DNA of 33,338 nucleotides from Clostridia bacterium (GTDB lineage Bacteria; Bacillota; Clostridia; Oscillospirales; Acutalibacteraceae): contig JAFTCS010000235.1 of NCBI GenBank assembly GCA_017454565.1, forward strand, positions 1-33,338. Reading direction: 5' to 3'. Positions 32,308-33,338 of this stretch are shown in pieces. A model generated the notes under the pieces. It saw only the letters and a list, made by a program, of their open reading frames with translations. It was not told the DNA's origin and ran no database searches. Numbering within the stretch: the stretch's first letter is position 1; each line of letters opens with the position of its first letter. A program made the translations under genes and the position numbers.

Positions 32308-33338
32308 ATGAAGAAAGGTATTGATGTATCCTACGCAAACGGCAGACTTGACTGGAAAAAGCTTAAATCTGCCGGGATCGAATTTGCCGTGATAAGGAGC
32401 AGCTTTGGTTCTGACGATCCCGATCAGGTGGATAGTCAGTTCAGGAACAACGCTCAGGGCTGCATTGAAAACGGCATACCGTTTATGACCTACCATTTTG
32501 CATATTTTATAGACAAGCAGAGGGCAAGGGATGAGGCTGACTTTGCTGTAAGGCTGGCGAAGGAATATCCTCAGGTCAGGGCGATAGCTCTGGATCTCGA
32601 GGATGATACCCTGCGCTTTTCTTCACTTATGGGCGCTTCACCCAACTGGACGGAATGCGCCGCGGTTTTTCTTGAAAGGGTGGCGCAGGCAGGCTACACG
32701 CCTGTACTTTATACAAACTACAGCTTTATGAACTATGTTTTTGATTATGACAAGCTGAAAAAGTATCCGCTGTGGCTGGCTTCTCCGGGAGCAAGCGAGA
32801 GCACCGCTCTGCAGTACGGCAGTCTGTTCATGTGGCAGTATTCATGGGAGGGCAGGCCCTCTGGCAGCAACGGTGACACCGATATGGATTACTGCTATGA
32901 TATGGATATCATCACCGGAAAAAACGGCACTTCGACAGGCTCCGGAACTCAGACCGGCACTGACGACTCCGAAAAGGCAGATTATCGGGTCAGGGTGACG
33001 TCAACTGACGGCGTGAATATCCGTAAGGGTGCGGGTCTGAACTATGATATCATCGGTGCGGTGCCATTCGGCGAGGTGGTAAGGATAACCCGGCGCACAT
33101 CCGGCGGAGGGTATACCTGGGGACTGACAGACTATTGCGGCACTGCCGGCTGGATAGCCCTCAATTACACCGAAACGGTGAGTGACGACAGCTCCAAAGG
33201 CGAGATAAGTCAGATAAATTCATCCCAGAAGGTAGATTATCAGGTCAGGGTGACGTCAACTGACGGATTGAACATTCGCAGCGGTGCGGCTCTGAGCTAT
33301 GGAATTATCGGAGCTGTGCCATTCGGCGAGGTGGTAAG
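32308..33338 (+). CDS. GH25 muramidase endolysin with repeated SH3-like wall-binding domains (3' end outside the window)
   Basis: AAGGAGG RBS. MKKGIDVSYANGRLDWKKLKSAGIEFAVIRSSFG..YHFAY..DLE.. is the GH25 pattern. After a Gly/Ser/Thr linker come two copies of YxVRVTSTDGxNIRxGAxLxYxIIGAVPFGEVV. The frame is open to the window end, so the ORF is absent from the track. Confidence 0.85.
   Translation, partial: MKKGIDVSYANGRLDWKKLKSAGIEFAVIRSSFGSDDPDQVDSQFRNNAQGCIENGIPFMTYHFAYFIDKQRARDEADFAVRLAKEYPQVRAIALDLEDDTLRFSSLMGASPNWTECAAVFLERVAQAGYTPVLYTNYSFMNYVFDYDKLKKYPLWLASPGASESTALQYGSLFMWQYSWEGRPSGSNGDTDMDYCYDMDIITGKNGTSTGSGTQTGTDDSEKADYRVRVTSTDGVNIRKGAGLNYDIIGAVPFGEVVRITRRTSGGGYTWGLTDYCGTAGWIALNYTETVSDDSSKGEISQINSSQKVDYQVRVTSTDGLNIRSGAALSYGIIGAVPFGEVV

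Overview
This is a chromosomal segment from a spore-forming Firmicute, probably Clostridia. Coding GC is near 50% and intergenic DNA is AT-rich. All calls come from reading the ORF translations and the DNA by eye; no database search was run.

The right two thirds (16.5-30.6 kb, + strand) follow the order I recall for the Bacillus subtilis ylo region: yicC/yloC, remA, gmk, rpoZ, priA, def, fmt, rsmB, rlmN, prpC(stp), prkC, rsgA, thiN, spoVM. The genes coaBC and rpe are absent. The yloB-like Ca2+ P-type ATPase (2.9-5.5 kb) is split by a 1-nt frameshift in an A-run.

Between the ATPase and yicC lies an 11-kb block entirely on the minus strand:
- two small paralogous membrane proteins
- a DUF348/G5/3D (YabE-like) wall protein
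- a CotH-family lipoprotein
- mnmA
- a HEPN-like/CBS fusion protein
- a YbiT-type ABC-F protein whose second ATP site is degenerate
- trmL
- spoIVB

The left end carries an orphan sugar-type ABC solute-binding lipoprotein and a YtaF-like membrane protein. The right end carries a PAP2 phosphatase followed by a compact lysis cassette: a small ORF, a TM/coiled-coil protein, a holin and a GH25-SH3 endolysin that runs off the window.

The most unusual non-coding signal is a family of modular, hairpin-rich GC-rich repeats in at least seven intergenic sites. They show compensatory stem substitutions between copies. One copy is bounded by terminal inverted repeats and a possible TTA duplication (MITE-like), and one locus carries a 248-bp tandem duplication.

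No rRNA, tRNA or CRISPR array was seen.
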